DNA of 64,000 nt from Selaginella moellendorffii (lineage: Eukaryota > Plantae > Lycopodiophyta): NCBI RefSeq assembly GCF_000143415.4, contig NW_003314323.1:1-64000 (forward strand), written 5' to 3'. The position numbers and the translations under genes are program-made. Shown piece after piece: positions 49,897 through 62,863 of this stretch. Under the pieces are notes generated by a model. That model ran no database searches, was not told the origin of the DNA, and saw only the letters and a program-made list of their open reading frames with translations. The stretch's first letter is position 1, and each line of letters starts with the position of its first letter.

Positions 49897-50597
49897 TATT
49901 GCCTCCTATTAAACACCATCCTGTTTCAGTCTCTCTCCACCTAGCTGGCAATGATGTGGCAGATTACATGGCACTTCTCTCTTTCCACTGCACTTGCACC
50001 TGTCCGTCCGAAGACTATGGTCTTTCTCACTTCTTTGACGGCCTGCAGTTTGGAAGCATTTTTTCCATTGTTTGTTTTTCACAGAGAAAGAAAAGAACTT
50101 GAACAGCGAGACAATGGCATAGCTATCTCCACCACATTTGATTCCTCTCCATGACAACAAAGCTCCATTGGTCATCGACCTACAAAGTTCTCGTGGATCC
50201 CCAAGAGCGTGCTTGAAAGCTCGCAAGGCATGCCATTTGAAAAATAAAACTAAGGATGATCCAAGAGGAGAAGACTATGTAGCATTTACTAGCTCCAGGC
50301 TGTGCAAAGATGAAGAGCATGCCCATATTCCAATCCAGAGGAGCAAAGCAAAAGGAGAAATACACACTAGTTACAATTGGACACAAAGGAAAAAAACCCT
50401 CTTCTCTCCCTTCTCTGTCCCATGAAAAAGACTTTGGTTAAAGTGATTGGAAGTAATGTTGTGTGGCAGCACGAGAGAGAGAGAGAGAGAGAGAGTCAGA
50501 CAGGAGTGGAAAAAGAGAAGTGCCATGTAATCTGCCACATCATTGCCAGCTAGGTGGAGAGAGACTGAAACAGGATGGTGTTTAATGGGAGGCAGTG
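49897..50597. mobile_element. Non-autonomous foldback/TIR element, possibly CACTG-ended
   Basis: 90-bp TIRs at 49900-49989 and 50505-50594 with 2 mismatches; right end reads CAGTG; internal (GA)n at 50473-50495. Confidence 0.85.
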
Positions 50598-50985
50598 CTA
50601 TTTATCTCTAGCAAACTTTTTAGTACTTTTTTATTTAGTATTCAAATTATACTTTTGTTTTTATTCCTTTATCCATGCCATACCATGATCAATTAAGCAA
50701 TATATCATTTATGGCTTCTAATATTGTTTTGTTGGGTCAAGCTTTTGGGTGATATTATTAATGTTGCCCCATCCTTGTTGTGTTGCCATCACTAGCTTCC
50801 ATAGAAAGTAATTACATAGTGTCTCTTATATCTGTTAAAAAAGGTTAAAGAGAGGATATTATTTATATAAAATTAAAAAGAAAGTATTAGAGTTTCATTT
50901 TGAACTTCATTTATAGAGATCTTTACCTATCAATTGATAAACTAACATAATAAACTAATTTTAAATAAAATAATTGAATTTATAG

Positions 50986-53900
50986 TGTGAGGGCCAAGTG
51001 TACGGTTACGATGCCGTATACTAATATTAGCGTAGTGGGATTTTGGTAGCCGTCAGATTGGTATCAATCTGGACCACTCGCTCATGTATATAAGCTAGGG
51101 TTTTTGGGCTAATTGATATGCACATTTCTGTATTCCTATTCCATATTCCATGCACTCACATTGGTGGAGGTGAGGGGCACCTTTGATTGTCCCTGGGGAG
51201 TGCTTGAATTTGGGATTTCAGTTTAGATCTAGCTTTTGCATCATCTAAATCTAGCTTTTTCCATTTCCTTTCTTTTGTTCTTTCTTTTCAGGATTTTGGT
51301 TTAGATCTAGCTTTTTGCATTGTCTAGATCTATTTCCAGCTTTTTGTCATTTCTCTTCTTTTGCTCTTTCTTTTTTGTTCATCTTCATGGCCGATCCACA
51401 ATTTCCTCCTTTGACTCTAGAGCAGCAGTTGGTTCAATTGCTTGATGCTATGCGCTTGCAATTGAACAACCAAACTCAATTGATGGCGGCATTCACGGCA
51501 CGTGGTCCAACTCCTCCTGCTCTTGGTGCCAATCCTCGCGTTCGGCCGGAGTTCTTTCGTGGGAATCCTGGGGATGATGTGTACCATTGGTTCGATCACT
51601 TCACGGTGATTGCCACATATCATTCTTGGGATGATGCTCGACGTTTGCGTGAGTTTCCCACGTGTCTCCAAGGGACGGTGTTGCAGTGGTACAATGGATT
51701 GAGTGCGGCCACTCGTGGGGATTGGAGTGTTCTTCCGGATGTCTTCAAACGCGCCTTCGGACATGCCGACGATTGTGACGATGCCTTCCAACAATTGCAT
51801 CGTCTTCGCCAAGGGCCATCTGAGTCGATGATGCAATTTGGCGTTCGTTTCCGAAGTCTTTTGCTTCGTGCGGAGCCTAATATGTCGGAGCGGATCAAGC
51901 TAGGAATGTTGTGGCCAACACTTCGTCAAGATCTTGTTGGCCTTGTGCATGCACTTGCTCCTGCCACCCTTGACGATGCTCTTCGCTTGGCACAACGTTA
52001 TGAGACGTCATCTCTTCCACTTCTCGTTGCACGTCCTTCAGCTCCACTTCCTATGAGTGATGGTCCTGTTCCAATGGAGGTTGATGTTGCTGCTACTCGA
52101 GTCCACGGACAAAGGCGCGGACGTGGTCGTGGCCGTGATGTTCATTGCTGGGCGTGTGATGAAGTTGGTCATACTTATCGGCATTGTCGACGCTTTCCGG
52201 ATTGGTGACCTCCATTTCCTGGATGGAGACCTTGGTATCAGCAACGTCTTGTTGGTGCTGCTGCGGTGGAAGGTTTGGACACCGAGGTGCATCCGGGAAA
52301 CGAGGAGTCGCGCGAGTAACGGAGGGACCTTGCGCGAATAAGTTAGTGACCCCTCCATCTTTCTTTCGAGAGTATCATCAAGGGGTTCACTCGGCACCGG
52401 TTCATCCAGTGTTTACTTTCCAAGCTCATTTTTATAACAAGAGGTCTCCTATTCTTCTCTCCGTGTTGGTTGATACAGGTTCGAGTTTATCTTCTATTGC
52501 TCGACCTGTTGCCACACGTTATTGTCTACACTTGCGTCGTGCGGCAGATCCAGTTTTCATTCTTTATGGCAACGGCCATACACATGCATGTGCATGAGAT
52601 GAGGTGGACCTAGTTGTGCGTGTGGGCGATCTCGAGCTTGAGTTGCAGTCGTTGCGGGTGGTGCCGAGTCAAGCTTTTGACCTCATTCTTGGTATGGATT
52701 GGTTGCAGCGCAATCATGCCAAATGTGACTTTGAGGCTTCTCCCCCTTGTCTCATACTTCCTTATGTTTCATCCATTCCTCTCACTTCCGTACTTCTTCG
52801 TCCCTCTATTTCTACCTCTGTTTCTATTACTTTTGTTTCCCCACTATTTCCTCCTATGTTTCCATCTTGTTCTGCTCTTCCCTTTTCCGATCCCTCCGAA
52901 GATCTTTGTGTTGCAGCTGTTGATCGGCTCATGAAGGAGTATTCTGATCTCTTTGAATTTGACCTGTCTTCTGGGGCCAAGATTGCCACACATCATCCGA
53001 TTCTAACCGAGGATGCTCGTCCAATCAAGGTTCCTGTTCGTCGTCGGTCACCCAAGGAGATCAAGATTTTACGTGCAAACGTCAAGGAGATGTTGGAGAA
53101 GGGTGTTATTCGGAAGTCACGGAGTCCTTGGGCATGTGAACCTCATCTTGTGACGAAGCCTGATGGAAGTATTCGTTTCTACATCAACTATCGTCCGTTA
53201 AATGAAGTGACAATCCCGGATGTGTACCCTCTTCCTCACACGGCTGATCTCTTGGATCGTCTAGGGTGAAGTCGTTGGTTCACCAAGCTCGATCTTGCTT
53301 CTGGGTACTGGCAAGTACCGATGGCCGAAGAAGATATTCCTAAGACTGCTTTTCATACACCATTTGGTTTGTACGAGTTCTTGGTGATGCCGTTTGGTTT
53401 GAACAATGCTCCAGCAACTTTCCAGCGGATGATGGACGAGGTTCTTTGTGATATGCCAGAGGTGACTGCTGACTTCATTGATGATGTCTTGATTCAATCG
53501 GAGGGCAGAGGTGAACTACTCCACGACAGAGAAGGAGTGTTTAGCGGCAGTTTGGGGTTTTGAGAAACTTCATGCATATCTACATGGTTCTCGGACGTTA
53601 CTTGAAGGTGACCATGCTGCCGTTATTTCGTTATTGAAGTGGAAGAACCTGGTTGGTCGTACTGCTCGGTAGGCTTTAAAACTTTAGATATATGATTTTG
53701 ATGTTGTTCATCGCCCAGGGAGTTCTATGGTTGATACTGATGCCCTTTCTCGAGCTCCTCTTCCTTCTCCACTTTCTTCTCATGTTTCTGATGAGCCTGT
53801 TGTTCCAGCATCTATGGATTCTCTAGACGAGGATTCAGTGTCGTCGGCGGTTACTATACTTGATGTTCAGTGTCTACAAGGCGTAGAGCAAGATCTACTT

Positions 53901-55465
53901 TCTCTTGATGAGGTTCACGAGGCTCAAAAGATTGAGCCGTGGATTCGAAGGCTTCGAGATGCATTTGAGGATCCTGCATCACTTGCTAATGACTTGCCTT
54001 TCCGGCATTTACATTCTCAATATCGCCTTGAGGATAGCCTTCTTTATTTTGTGGGGACGGATCCTGATGATCATTTACGACTGGTGGTGCCTTCTATCTT
54101 TATTCCACGGTTTCTCCATGCCTACCATGATTCTCCTGTTCTAGGTGGCCATATGGGACATCGTCGTGTGACCGAGAAGCTGCACAGGTATTTTTATTGG
54201 CCAGAGATGCGATGTGATGTTATCCGGTATGTGCGTAGCTGCGTTTGGTGCCAAGCTCATAATACTCCCCCTTGTGCTGCGGAAGGACGGTTGGAGTCAA
54301 TTGCAGTTCCCCGTTCGTTTGAGTTGGTGGCGTTTGATCTTATGGGACCTTTTCCACGATCGACTGTTGGCAATAAGTATGTTATTATTGCTTCTGACTA
54401 CTTGACTTGTTGGGTGGAAGTTGGTGCTCTTGCTAGCGCCTCTGCAACTGTTGTTGGATACTTTCTCCTCAATCGAGTGGTGTTCCAATATTCTTGTCTA
54501 GAGCGGATTCTTTCGGATAATGGTCCTGCATTTATGGCTGAGGTATTTCATGTTTTGACGTCTCGATTGGGGATACGCCACACTTTACGAGTGCTTATCA
54601 TCCACAATCAGACGGTCTGGTGGAATGGCTCGTTCGGACATTCAAAGGGATGATTGCGAAGTATGTGAACTTTCAGCATTCGGATTGGGATGATTATTTG
54701 CCGTCTCTTCGGTATGCCTATGTCACAGGGGTGCAGAGTTCTGTTGGTGCTTCACCATATAAACTTCTATATGGTCATGATCCAATATTACCAATGGAGC
54801 TGGGTTTACCTTCGCAATTGCCACGAGCTCTTGATGCTAGGTCATGGGATCAATATTTGACGAGCATTCTTCCACTTGTCCAAGCAGAGTTTACCGAACA
54901 CTTAGGCCGCGTACAAGTGAAACCACAATAGCGCTACAACTCCCATCATCGTCCACCTGCAGAGTATAAAGTGGATGATTTGGTGTTAGTTCGTTTTCCC
55001 CATCTTACGGTACGTGGTTTATCTAAGGGGCTCCTTGCACAGTGGAAAGGACCATATCAGGTGTTGCGGCAAGTTGGACCGCAAGTTTATAAGGTTCGGC
55101 ATGACGTTCAGCAGGCTGATCCTTCGGAGATTGTGCATGTGCAACGGTTGAAACGATTCATACAAAGGGATCAGGAGTAGTTAATGCAGTCTACAAATCT
55201 GCCAATGCCTCCTCCTGACGTTCCTCCAGATCCCGGCCCATCTACAAGAGAACCCTGATAGCCTTCCATTATTCCGAGAGGAGGGGATGATGTGAGGGCC
55301 AAGTGTACGGTTACGATGCCGTATACTAATATTAGCGTAGTGGGATTTTGGTAGCCGTCGGATTGGTTTCAATCCGGACCACTCGCTCCTGTATATAAGC
55401 TAGGGTTTTTGGGCTAATTGATATGCACATTTCTGTATTCCTGTTCCATATTCCATGCACTCACA
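50986..55465 (+). mobile_element. Ty3/gypsy non-chromovirus LTR element with internal RT deletion
   Basis: 175-bp LTRs 50986-51160 and 55291-55465 (5 mismatches); 4-bp TSD ATAG; PBS TGGTGGAGGTGAGGGG; PPT 55276-55290; gag CWACDEVGHTYRHC; protease VDTGSS; RT FIDD jumps directly to RNase H NYSTTEKECLA; INT with GPY. Confidence 0.95.
52295..52356 (+). promoter_or_regulatory. -1 ribosomal frameshift signal (G GGA AAC + H-type pseudoknot)
   Basis: Heptamer is in gag frame and pol is in the -1 frame; stem 1 52308-52316/52329-52337; stem 2 GGAGGG 52321-52326 / CCCTCC 52351-52356. Confidence 0.8.
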
Positions 55466-57774
55466 ATAGGTTTTAAAATATTATTATATATTTCATTTAT
55501 ATTTTAATTAAAACTATTAAACTAATAATCCTCATGGCCTTATGAAATTCACCACCAGCTAGCTTTCTATAGCCACTGACTGCTTTAGCAGCAGCAACAT
55601 AGTTAGCTGTTGTGATAAAAAATGTCAACCATAAAATGTCAAACTTGGAAGAAGATAAAAACACTACTTAATATACCTCCTCCTTAAAACCTTTGCATTT
55701 TGTTTGTAACTAGCAAAAGAAATGTCAAGTGAATTTAAAAACAAAATTATGGGTGTAAAGATAAATCAGATTTGATAGAATATATTAGGATTATATCTAA
55801 ACTCTTGAAAAATATTAAATATTTAAATGTTAAGCAACAAATTATTATCTATTTTGTATATGCATTAGAAATTCTTGTAGTTAATTACACTATCTAATAC
55901 ATATGATGAAGTATCTCCTTCAAGCCAAATTCCCATGTCATAATGCACTACAAAATCATTTGATAGAGTTCCAAAATCAATCCAATCAATATACCATCCA
56001 GCATGAGACCCCGTATTATCATGTGATATTATCATTCTACATATTTTATCATATTCTGAAAAATATTACCTTGAACGTCAAACACATCTGTATTACAATG
56101 TTCAAAATCATCATAATTTTTATGGTCTAAATTCCGGTAAGTTAAAGTGACTCCAGATAATAAAGTAAATATAATGTCCACATTTGCATCAGTACCCTCT
56201 AACCACACACATCCAGTTTTTATTACAATTTTATATTTACACTAAACAAAAATATTAAGCTTAAAAAAATTATAATAAAATTTATTTACCTGTTGTCCTA
56301 TAGTAAACTCTACATAAAGAGTAAGATAAACAATCAATAAAGCAATGAGTTTCATTATCAAACTTTAAGCTATTTTAGCTTTTGTTCTCTGTAACTTATA
56401 AATAACACTTTAAAAAAACTATACATTGTTTTGACCACCGTAAAAAGTTTTATAAGAATTAACTAGCTAATTTTTTTTATCACTACACAATAAGATAAAA
56501 CTTATATAAACTTATCTAAATACTATTAACCATAAACCATTTGTCCACATATACGACAACATGGTGAATCCAGCATGATAAACCTCTTCAAACAACTTGG
56601 AGTTGGGACTTGTCCGTGTCTACATGAAGCTCAATGCCTGGCCAAGAACACCACCTTTCTCGACCTTAGTATGGGCAAGCTCTGTCGTTGAAAAATGACC
56701 CAATCTACTTATGTGCAACTCACTCCTGATCCTGAGAGCCGGTGCCCGAGCCTCGGTGCCAGTGCCCAAAGCTCGGGAGATGTGTCGGAGCTCCGGGCGC
56801 CTGAGTGTCTTGCTTGAGTCGCTGATCAATACAAATAAAAAATTTAGAAAATTTTCTAGCAAAAAATTTGAATTATCTTGAAAAGGTTGACAAAAGTTCA
56901 GTTACAAACTGTAGATACCGTTTTAAATTTGTCAAGTAGAAAATCTCGTGATGTTCACAAGATTGTTGCAAATTAACCATACCAACACTGGAAGTTAAGG
57001 GTGATCTCATGCTTCTGTCGCTACTAGGGTGTTAAGCACGTCTGGTTTAGCTCAATACTGAAGCATCTCTGGCACTGCTGTGGTGAATTAGTGATTTTTA
57101 AAGTACACTACTATGTTGAAGAAAACTCGAGAGTTCGAATGCGGTTGGTTTTCGTCATTTTGTATGTGCAGTTTGGAAGGTTTGTGTGTGGCACACCAAG
57201 GAGGTAGGCGAGTTTCTCATATCTCCCAACCAGGAAGCCGTGCGAGACCCCTTTGCGGTCGTCTACAGAGGAAGCACAGGATGGAATGCGGATCCATCAG
57301 CTGCTGGAGGAGTTTATCCCGCATCTAGCACAACTTCCATGTCGACAGCGTTGGAACCACGTCCTTCAGGCCTAAAGGCAAACGATGCTGGAATCCTCTA
57401 AGCACCTTCGAGAAAGGTTGGCCACCTTCGTCCCACTCTTCTTCAAAACCGACAGGGGTAGCTGCTACAGCTTCTGAATGCAACCGGCACAGATGTTCAA
57501 GCAGCACGTCCTTCGCAAGCTTGCCGAAAGGAAAGCTCGTGTTGAAAGGTGGAGAAGTGACTCGTCTTTTTGGTTCTCCTCCAGAAGAGGCCAATTTCGT
57601 TTGTTATGACGGCCCAGCAAGCGATCGCATTCGACAACACGTCCAAAAGATTCCCATGTAGATTTCACTCTCTTGCAAGCAAAGAAATGAGACAAGCGTA
57701 AGTTTCTCCATTGCCTGCCGTCTGTAACCTTAAAGCCTCTCCTGCCTCTTCTGGGAAGTTTGACCAGATAACTC

Positions 57775-58597
57775 TCAGCCCGTGGATTGATGATCATCGA
57801 TGTCCTGGTTTTCTCGCAGCTCCATGAGCTCGTCCCTGTCGACAAACCTGTGGAGGACTTCGTCCGAAGGGACGATGCACTTGTCGGAGCGTCCAAACCA
57901 GCGGTAGCGATGTTTGGCGACGTAGTCATAGGCGGCGTCTCGGAGTGGAGCTGGGATCACGAGGAAGGAACTGAGTGCTGAGTATGGAAATGGAAGGTAG
58001 GACGCGACTCTCAATGCCGCTGCAAGCAACGCAAGGGGCTGATCAATCGAACGAAAAGAAAAGTTTTGTAGCTGTAAACTTGCCTGAGGATCCGGAAGAG
58101 CAAACACCCGGCCCTTCCACAAAGATGAACCTCCGGAGGACGTCCTCGCGTCCAACTCCGCAAGCGATGAGATATGGCTCCGCGGCCTTGGATTGCACGG
58201 AGCAAAAGCTGATGCATTCGTCTTTGTCCTTGTCAATCACCCATTTCACTCCTGGGACGATCGAGGAAGCAAAACAAAAAATCTTAGAAGAGAGAGTTAC
58301 GCGAAATTAGTTTTTTTTTTTACCGGCATTGCAGAGATGGCAGACCCCGTCATAGATGATCACGCGAGGAATCAAGAGAAAAGGGGCGACGGGAGTAAAT
58401 TTCACATTCGTTAAGGCCTGCCGCGGCTCGGATGGTGCTGTGAAAGGTATTGTCGAAAGGTACCTTCTCGATTCTTTAGCTGCAAAAACGCGATCAAGGC
58501 GACGCGAGTGCCTACATTCTAGAAATCATGGATCGATCACACCTTGCGATGCGATTGGCGAGGCCAGGCTCCCGAAGCACGCCAAGACGCGCTGCAT
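57775..58597 (-). CDS. DCC-family (DUF393) thiol-disulfide oxidoreductase-like protein, multi-exon
   Basis: VIIYDGVCHLCNAG (DxxCxxC); IPAPLRDAAYDYVAKHRYRWFG; transit-peptide-like first exon 58543-58597. Confidence 0.88.
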
Positions 58598-58671
58598 TCT
58601 TCTTCCAAATCATTCATGCGCAAGAGCCCTAGCCCTAGACACAGGGGGTTTAACAAATATTTCTAGGGCAA

Positions 58672-59297
58672 ATGGCAGAGAGCGTGGAGCAAAGGCGCGA
58701 GCGGCTGCGTGCGCTGCGCGAGGCTGTGGAGCTCGGCGGCGCTGGGGATGAGGATGCGCCTGGAGTGGAAGCCGCCGATGGCGATGGCGAGCAAGAGGTC
58801 GATGCGAATGGCAAAGAAAATTTACAAGAGGAGAAAGCGTAAGTCTCGATCGCAGGGGTTATTGTGTGTTTATTCTTTACGTTTTCTCGTGCTTGTAGAG
58901 ATCTTCCCCCTATAAGGTTTCGGAATTATTTGCCGCGCGACGAGGAGCTCCAAAAGCTGAAAAGAGAACCTCCTGTTCTTCCCAAATTCGAGGATCCCGT
59001 TGCCGTGCCTACTGATACAAGCAATGCAGAGGTATGGAAGAATTTTTTTTCTTTCTCTAGGCTGCAACTCTTTCTTTTATTCAGGATCCCATGCTTAGCA
59101 TCGCTCCAAAGAAGGCCAACTGGGACTTGCGTAGAGACGCTACGAAGAAGCTGGAGAAACTGGAGAAACGAACAACGCGTGCTATAATCGAACTCATGGG
59201 TAAGTCATTCTAAGCTTCTTCGTTCTTGAAACTTATCTTGCTTTGAGCAGCCGGAGAGAAAGAAAACCGGAAGAAACTAGGCTATGAACAAGACTAA
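58672..59297 (+). CDS. CWF18: Cwf18/CCDC12 splicing factor, 4 exons
   Basis: RRERLRALR, IRFRNYLPRDEEL, IAPKKANWDLRRD..KKLEKLEKRT; canonical introns; stop TAA 59295-59297. Confidence 0.9.
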
Positions 59298-59406
59298 GCT
59301 TCTCTTCGCTTTTTTGTTCTCCTAGAAGGAACTGTATTTGTACAACTCTGAAGGCTAATCTCTTTTTTACTTCGACTACAAAATTGAATCACTGGGACTA
59401 GTTTTC

Positions 59407-60741
59407 TCATCTTTTCTTGGAGCTGAGGTACAAGCATACTCCGACTGCTGTCAACGAGGCCGACGCCGCCAAAATCGGTAACCCGTAATCTGCTAATGCA
59501 AGCTCTCTCTTTCTCAACTTTCTTCTTGCAGCCTCAAGCTCCGTTCGAAGCCGCGAAGTGCTAGCGTCGCTCTGCTCCAAGGTGTCCGTCAGCTCGACTA
59601 TTCTCTCCCTCATTCGGGTAACTTCCTCTTTTGCATGCTTTGATGCCTCCGCAGACGTGGTACTAAGCCTTCTCACTTGAACTTCCAGGGCCTTTTTGTT
59701 ATCTCCGACTGCAAAGAGCTGGGTCTCGAGCTTTGATATCTGGAGCTGTTTCTGCTTGAGCGCTTCGACCACCCTGCACACGGAGTTCCTCAGGGTGGCG
59801 TAATCCTTTTCAAGCGTAGTGCCACTTTTTTGAGCCTGACTTATCTGCCCGACAAAGAGAGGAAGTGCCGTGGCCGCGAACTCTGGATCACCACTGTTAT
59901 CACCAGCGTCATCGGCTGCCATGGTTCTCACGTCCTTGTTGAGCTTGGAGAGCATTTCAGCGAGCTGGAGCTCCTGAGTTTCCAGCTCCTGGCACTGCTT
60001 CTGAGTCGAGGCCAGGGCGGTCTCAAGCTTTCTATTGTGCTCCTTGACGACGTCGCCTTCTTCTCGCAACACGTCCAGCATGCTGGTGGCGTTTATGATC
60101 TCCTGCTTTGCTGCTGCCACGGCCTCCGTTAACCTTTGCAGCTCTTCCTCGACGATCTCCTTGGTGAACTCGGGATGGAAGTGCTCGTCCCCGGTAGCAT
60201 GAACCTCGCTGGAAGTAAGTTGCTCTAACTCTCTGCTCAGGCCATCGATCTTACTAATCACATCCGCCATTGCATTTTCAGCGTCCTCGGCTCTCTGCAA
60301 AACACTCGACAAGTCCCGGTTATTCCGATCCTTCTCGACATGAAGCTGCTGCTTGAGCTGGTCCTGGACCTCAGAAGCCTTGATGCTCACTACCTGAAAG
60401 CGCCCACCGAGCTGCTGGATCTCCCGCTCCAGCGCCTCGTTCTTCAAGTCCATGGTATGCAACTCGTCCTCGAGCTCGTCAATCTTGACAACGTAGTAGT
60501 GCCTCTCGGCGTGCAGCATGGACATCTCCTTCATCAGCGACTCGTTGAGCTGCGAGAGATTCGACGCCTCATGGGTGGCGGTGAGCTTTGTAGTGTTCTT
60601 TTGCACAGATTTCCTTGGCGGGCTCTGATGGTTTTTCTTGCTGTCTAGCGCAGGAGAGCGCGGCGAGGACGACATATCTGACGAGATGTATCCTTCGTCG
60701 ACATAGAAACTTCCCTGTTGGCGAACCATTGTGTCAGTCAT
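59407..60741 (-). CDS. Long coiled-coil protein with C-terminal TM anchor (PMD-like architecture)
   Basis: Intronless ORF with heptad pattern; ends LPILAASASLTAVGVCLYLSSKKR. Confidence 0.75.
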   Translation of the reverse strand: MTDTMVRQQGSFYVDEGYISSDMSSSPRSPALDSKKNHQSPPRKSVQKNTTKLTATHEASNLSQLNESLMKEMSMLHAERHYYVVKIDELEDELHTMDLKNEALEREIQQLGGRFQVVSIKASEVQDQLKQQLHVEKDRNNRDLSSVLQRAEDAENAMADVISKIDGLSRELEQLTSSEVHATGDEHFHPEFTKEIVEEELQRLTEAVAAAKQEIINATSMLDVLREEGDVVKEHNRKLETALASTQKQCQELETQELQLAEMLSKLNKDVRTMAADDAGDNSGDPEFAATALPLFVGQISQAQKSGTTLEKDYATLRNSVCRVVEALKQKQLQISKLETQLFAVGDNKKALEVQVRRLSTTSAEASKHAKEEVTRMRERIVELTDTLEQSDASTSRLRTELEAARRKLRKRELALADYGLPILAASASLTAVGVCLYLSSKKR

Positions 60742-61101
60742 CTTGGTAAGATCTCTCACTCTCTCTCTCTCGCTTCCCCTTTTTTTTCTACGACTTCCAG
60801 GCAGCGAGATTGACGCAGTGACTCTGTGTTTCCTACAGGCTATCATCGAGAGTTCTTACCACCGAGATGAGTGCTTTGCGAGAGAGACAAGCCTCCGAGC
60901 AAAGCGAAGAGCCGGATCGAATGGAGGAATCCTTGGAGAGGCTGAGAGAACTAAAGGGGAAGAGGGGATTGATCGAGGAGACGAGGCAGCCACAGTCCGA
61001 GCAAGGCGAAGAAAGCGATAGAAGAAATGGAGTCTTTTTGGAAGAGAACTCGCGGGGTGCCATGCCATGCCCACCCGTTCATGCCTCCAAAAAATTGAAT
61101 T

Positions 61102-61196
61102 CCACGTCATTACCGCGTGGGGTTGACGTGGAGATGACGCTACTGGCCACGTCGGCATGACTAGATGCTAAAAAAGGGAAAGATTCTATTATAAAT
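61102..61196. promoter_or_regulatory. Clustered ACGT/bZIP elements and TATA box in a divergent promoter
   Basis: CCACGTCA 61102, TGACGTGG 61124, GCCACGTC 61146, TATAAAT ~61190. Confidence 0.55.
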
Positions 61197-61373
61197 TCGC
61201 AGCTAGGGCAAGCGATCTGGATGGACGAAATTCTGGATCTGGAGCAGCGATCGCCGACCGCAAGGAGCCACAGCGTAAGGCTTTGCTCCTCTGGGATTCC
61301 CGCAGCTCGGATCTACGCGGCTCGGCGGAGGAGCTGATCGTTCGATCCATCCAGGGTTTCGATCGGCGCAGCG

Positions 61374-62863
61374 ATGGCGTCGCGGCAAGTAGCGGCCAAG
61401 TTCCGGGAGCTCCAGTCGCAGCCCGGGAACAAGACGTGCGTGGATTGCTCGCAGAAGAATCCACAGTGGGCGTCGGTGTCTTACGGCGTCTTCATGTGTC
61501 TCGAGTGCTCGGGCAAGCACAGGGGGCTGGGCGTCCACATCAGCTTCGTGAGATCCGTGTCCATGGATTCCTGGTCCGAGATCCAGCTCCGGAAGATGGA
61601 GGCCGGGGGCAACGACGCGCTCAATCGCTTCCTGGCCGAGTATGGCATCCCCAAGGAGACCGAGATTGTGGCCAAGTATAACAGCCGGGCCGCGGAGGTC
61701 TACAGGGAGAAAATCCAGGCGCTGGCAGAGGGGAGATCGTGGAATGCTCCGCCAGTGGTGAAGGAAACTCTCAAGAGCTCTTCTTCCACGAATGGAGCTT
61801 CCAAGGGATGGGACGAGTGGGACGATGGTGGTCGAGATGGTATGAGGAGAAACCAGAGCGCGGAGTCTTTCTCTGGCAAGGCTCCCGGTGGACCTCCTCG
61901 GTCGCGCTCCTCGGATGGATTGTATAGCCAGGAGCAGCTCTCGGCGTCGGCGGCTGGGAAAGACGCGTTTTTTGCGAGGAGGCAAGCCGAGAATGCTTCT
62001 CGGCCCGAGGGATTGCCTCCTGCGCAGGGAGGGAAGTATGTGGGATTTGGATCCGGTGGAAATCGTCCGCCACCTCCACCGCCTGCGAATGACGTGCTCA
62101 AGGACACCATGTCTATTGTTTCTCAGGTAAAAAATGTTTGCTGTTATCTCGGCTAAGCTCGTGGATTTCCAGGGATTTAGCAAGTTATCAGTCGTAGCGT
62201 CTTCGGCAGCTCAGTCGGCTGCGGTGGCGGCGTCTACGGTCACCAAAGATCTTTCCAGTAAGGTATGTTGTGTTTGGAGATTTGTCTCTCTCACTCTCTC
62301 TCTTATACAATCGATGTGTTTTGATTTTTTTGTAGGTGAAAGATGGAGGATACGACCAGAAAATGAACGAGACTGTTTCGGTGGTGAGTGCGAAGACCAC
62401 CGAGATTGGGCATAAAACGTGGGGCCTGATGAAGGGAGTCATGGCTATGGCTTCCAAGACAGTGGAGAACTACACAAAAGAGGAGGCTGTTCGGCTGTAC
62501 AACGTTGACGATCCTCACGCGAACAAAGGCTACCAGAAGTTTAGCTCCTCGAGAAGCAACTGGGACGATTGGGACAACGAGAAAGCTGCCGCGAACAACG
62601 GTAATCCGGACGGGAACAAGAGCAGCGCTAAGAACAGCAATAGTAGCAAAGGGTGGGACGACTGGGATGATGATAACAATCGCAGGCACCAGGAGCAGGC
62701 TAGCAAAGCAAATGGCTCGCAAAACTCTACCTTTCAATCGGTGGATCTTCACGAGTCGTGGACCGGCTGGGACGTCGACAAGGATGACGACGATGCGGTT
62801 TCGAGCAGGAGCAAGAACTCTGGGAAGTGGAACGATTTGGATTGGGACAGTGGATTCAAGTGA
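61374..62863 (+). CDS. ArfGAP1-type ARF GTPase-activating protein (AGD6/7-like)
   Basis: CVDC...[35 protein letters not shown]; exons 61374-62126, 62173-62262 and 62336-62863. Confidence 0.93.

Noticed and set aside
57113-57610. Exon-like GC-rich segment upstream of the DCC 3' end
   Set aside because: In-frame stops and no recognisable product.
61203-62183. 326-aa antisense ORF over the ArfGAP, and similar antisense ORFs over the RLKs
   Set aside because: Shadow ORFs of GC-rich coding sequence with no motifs.
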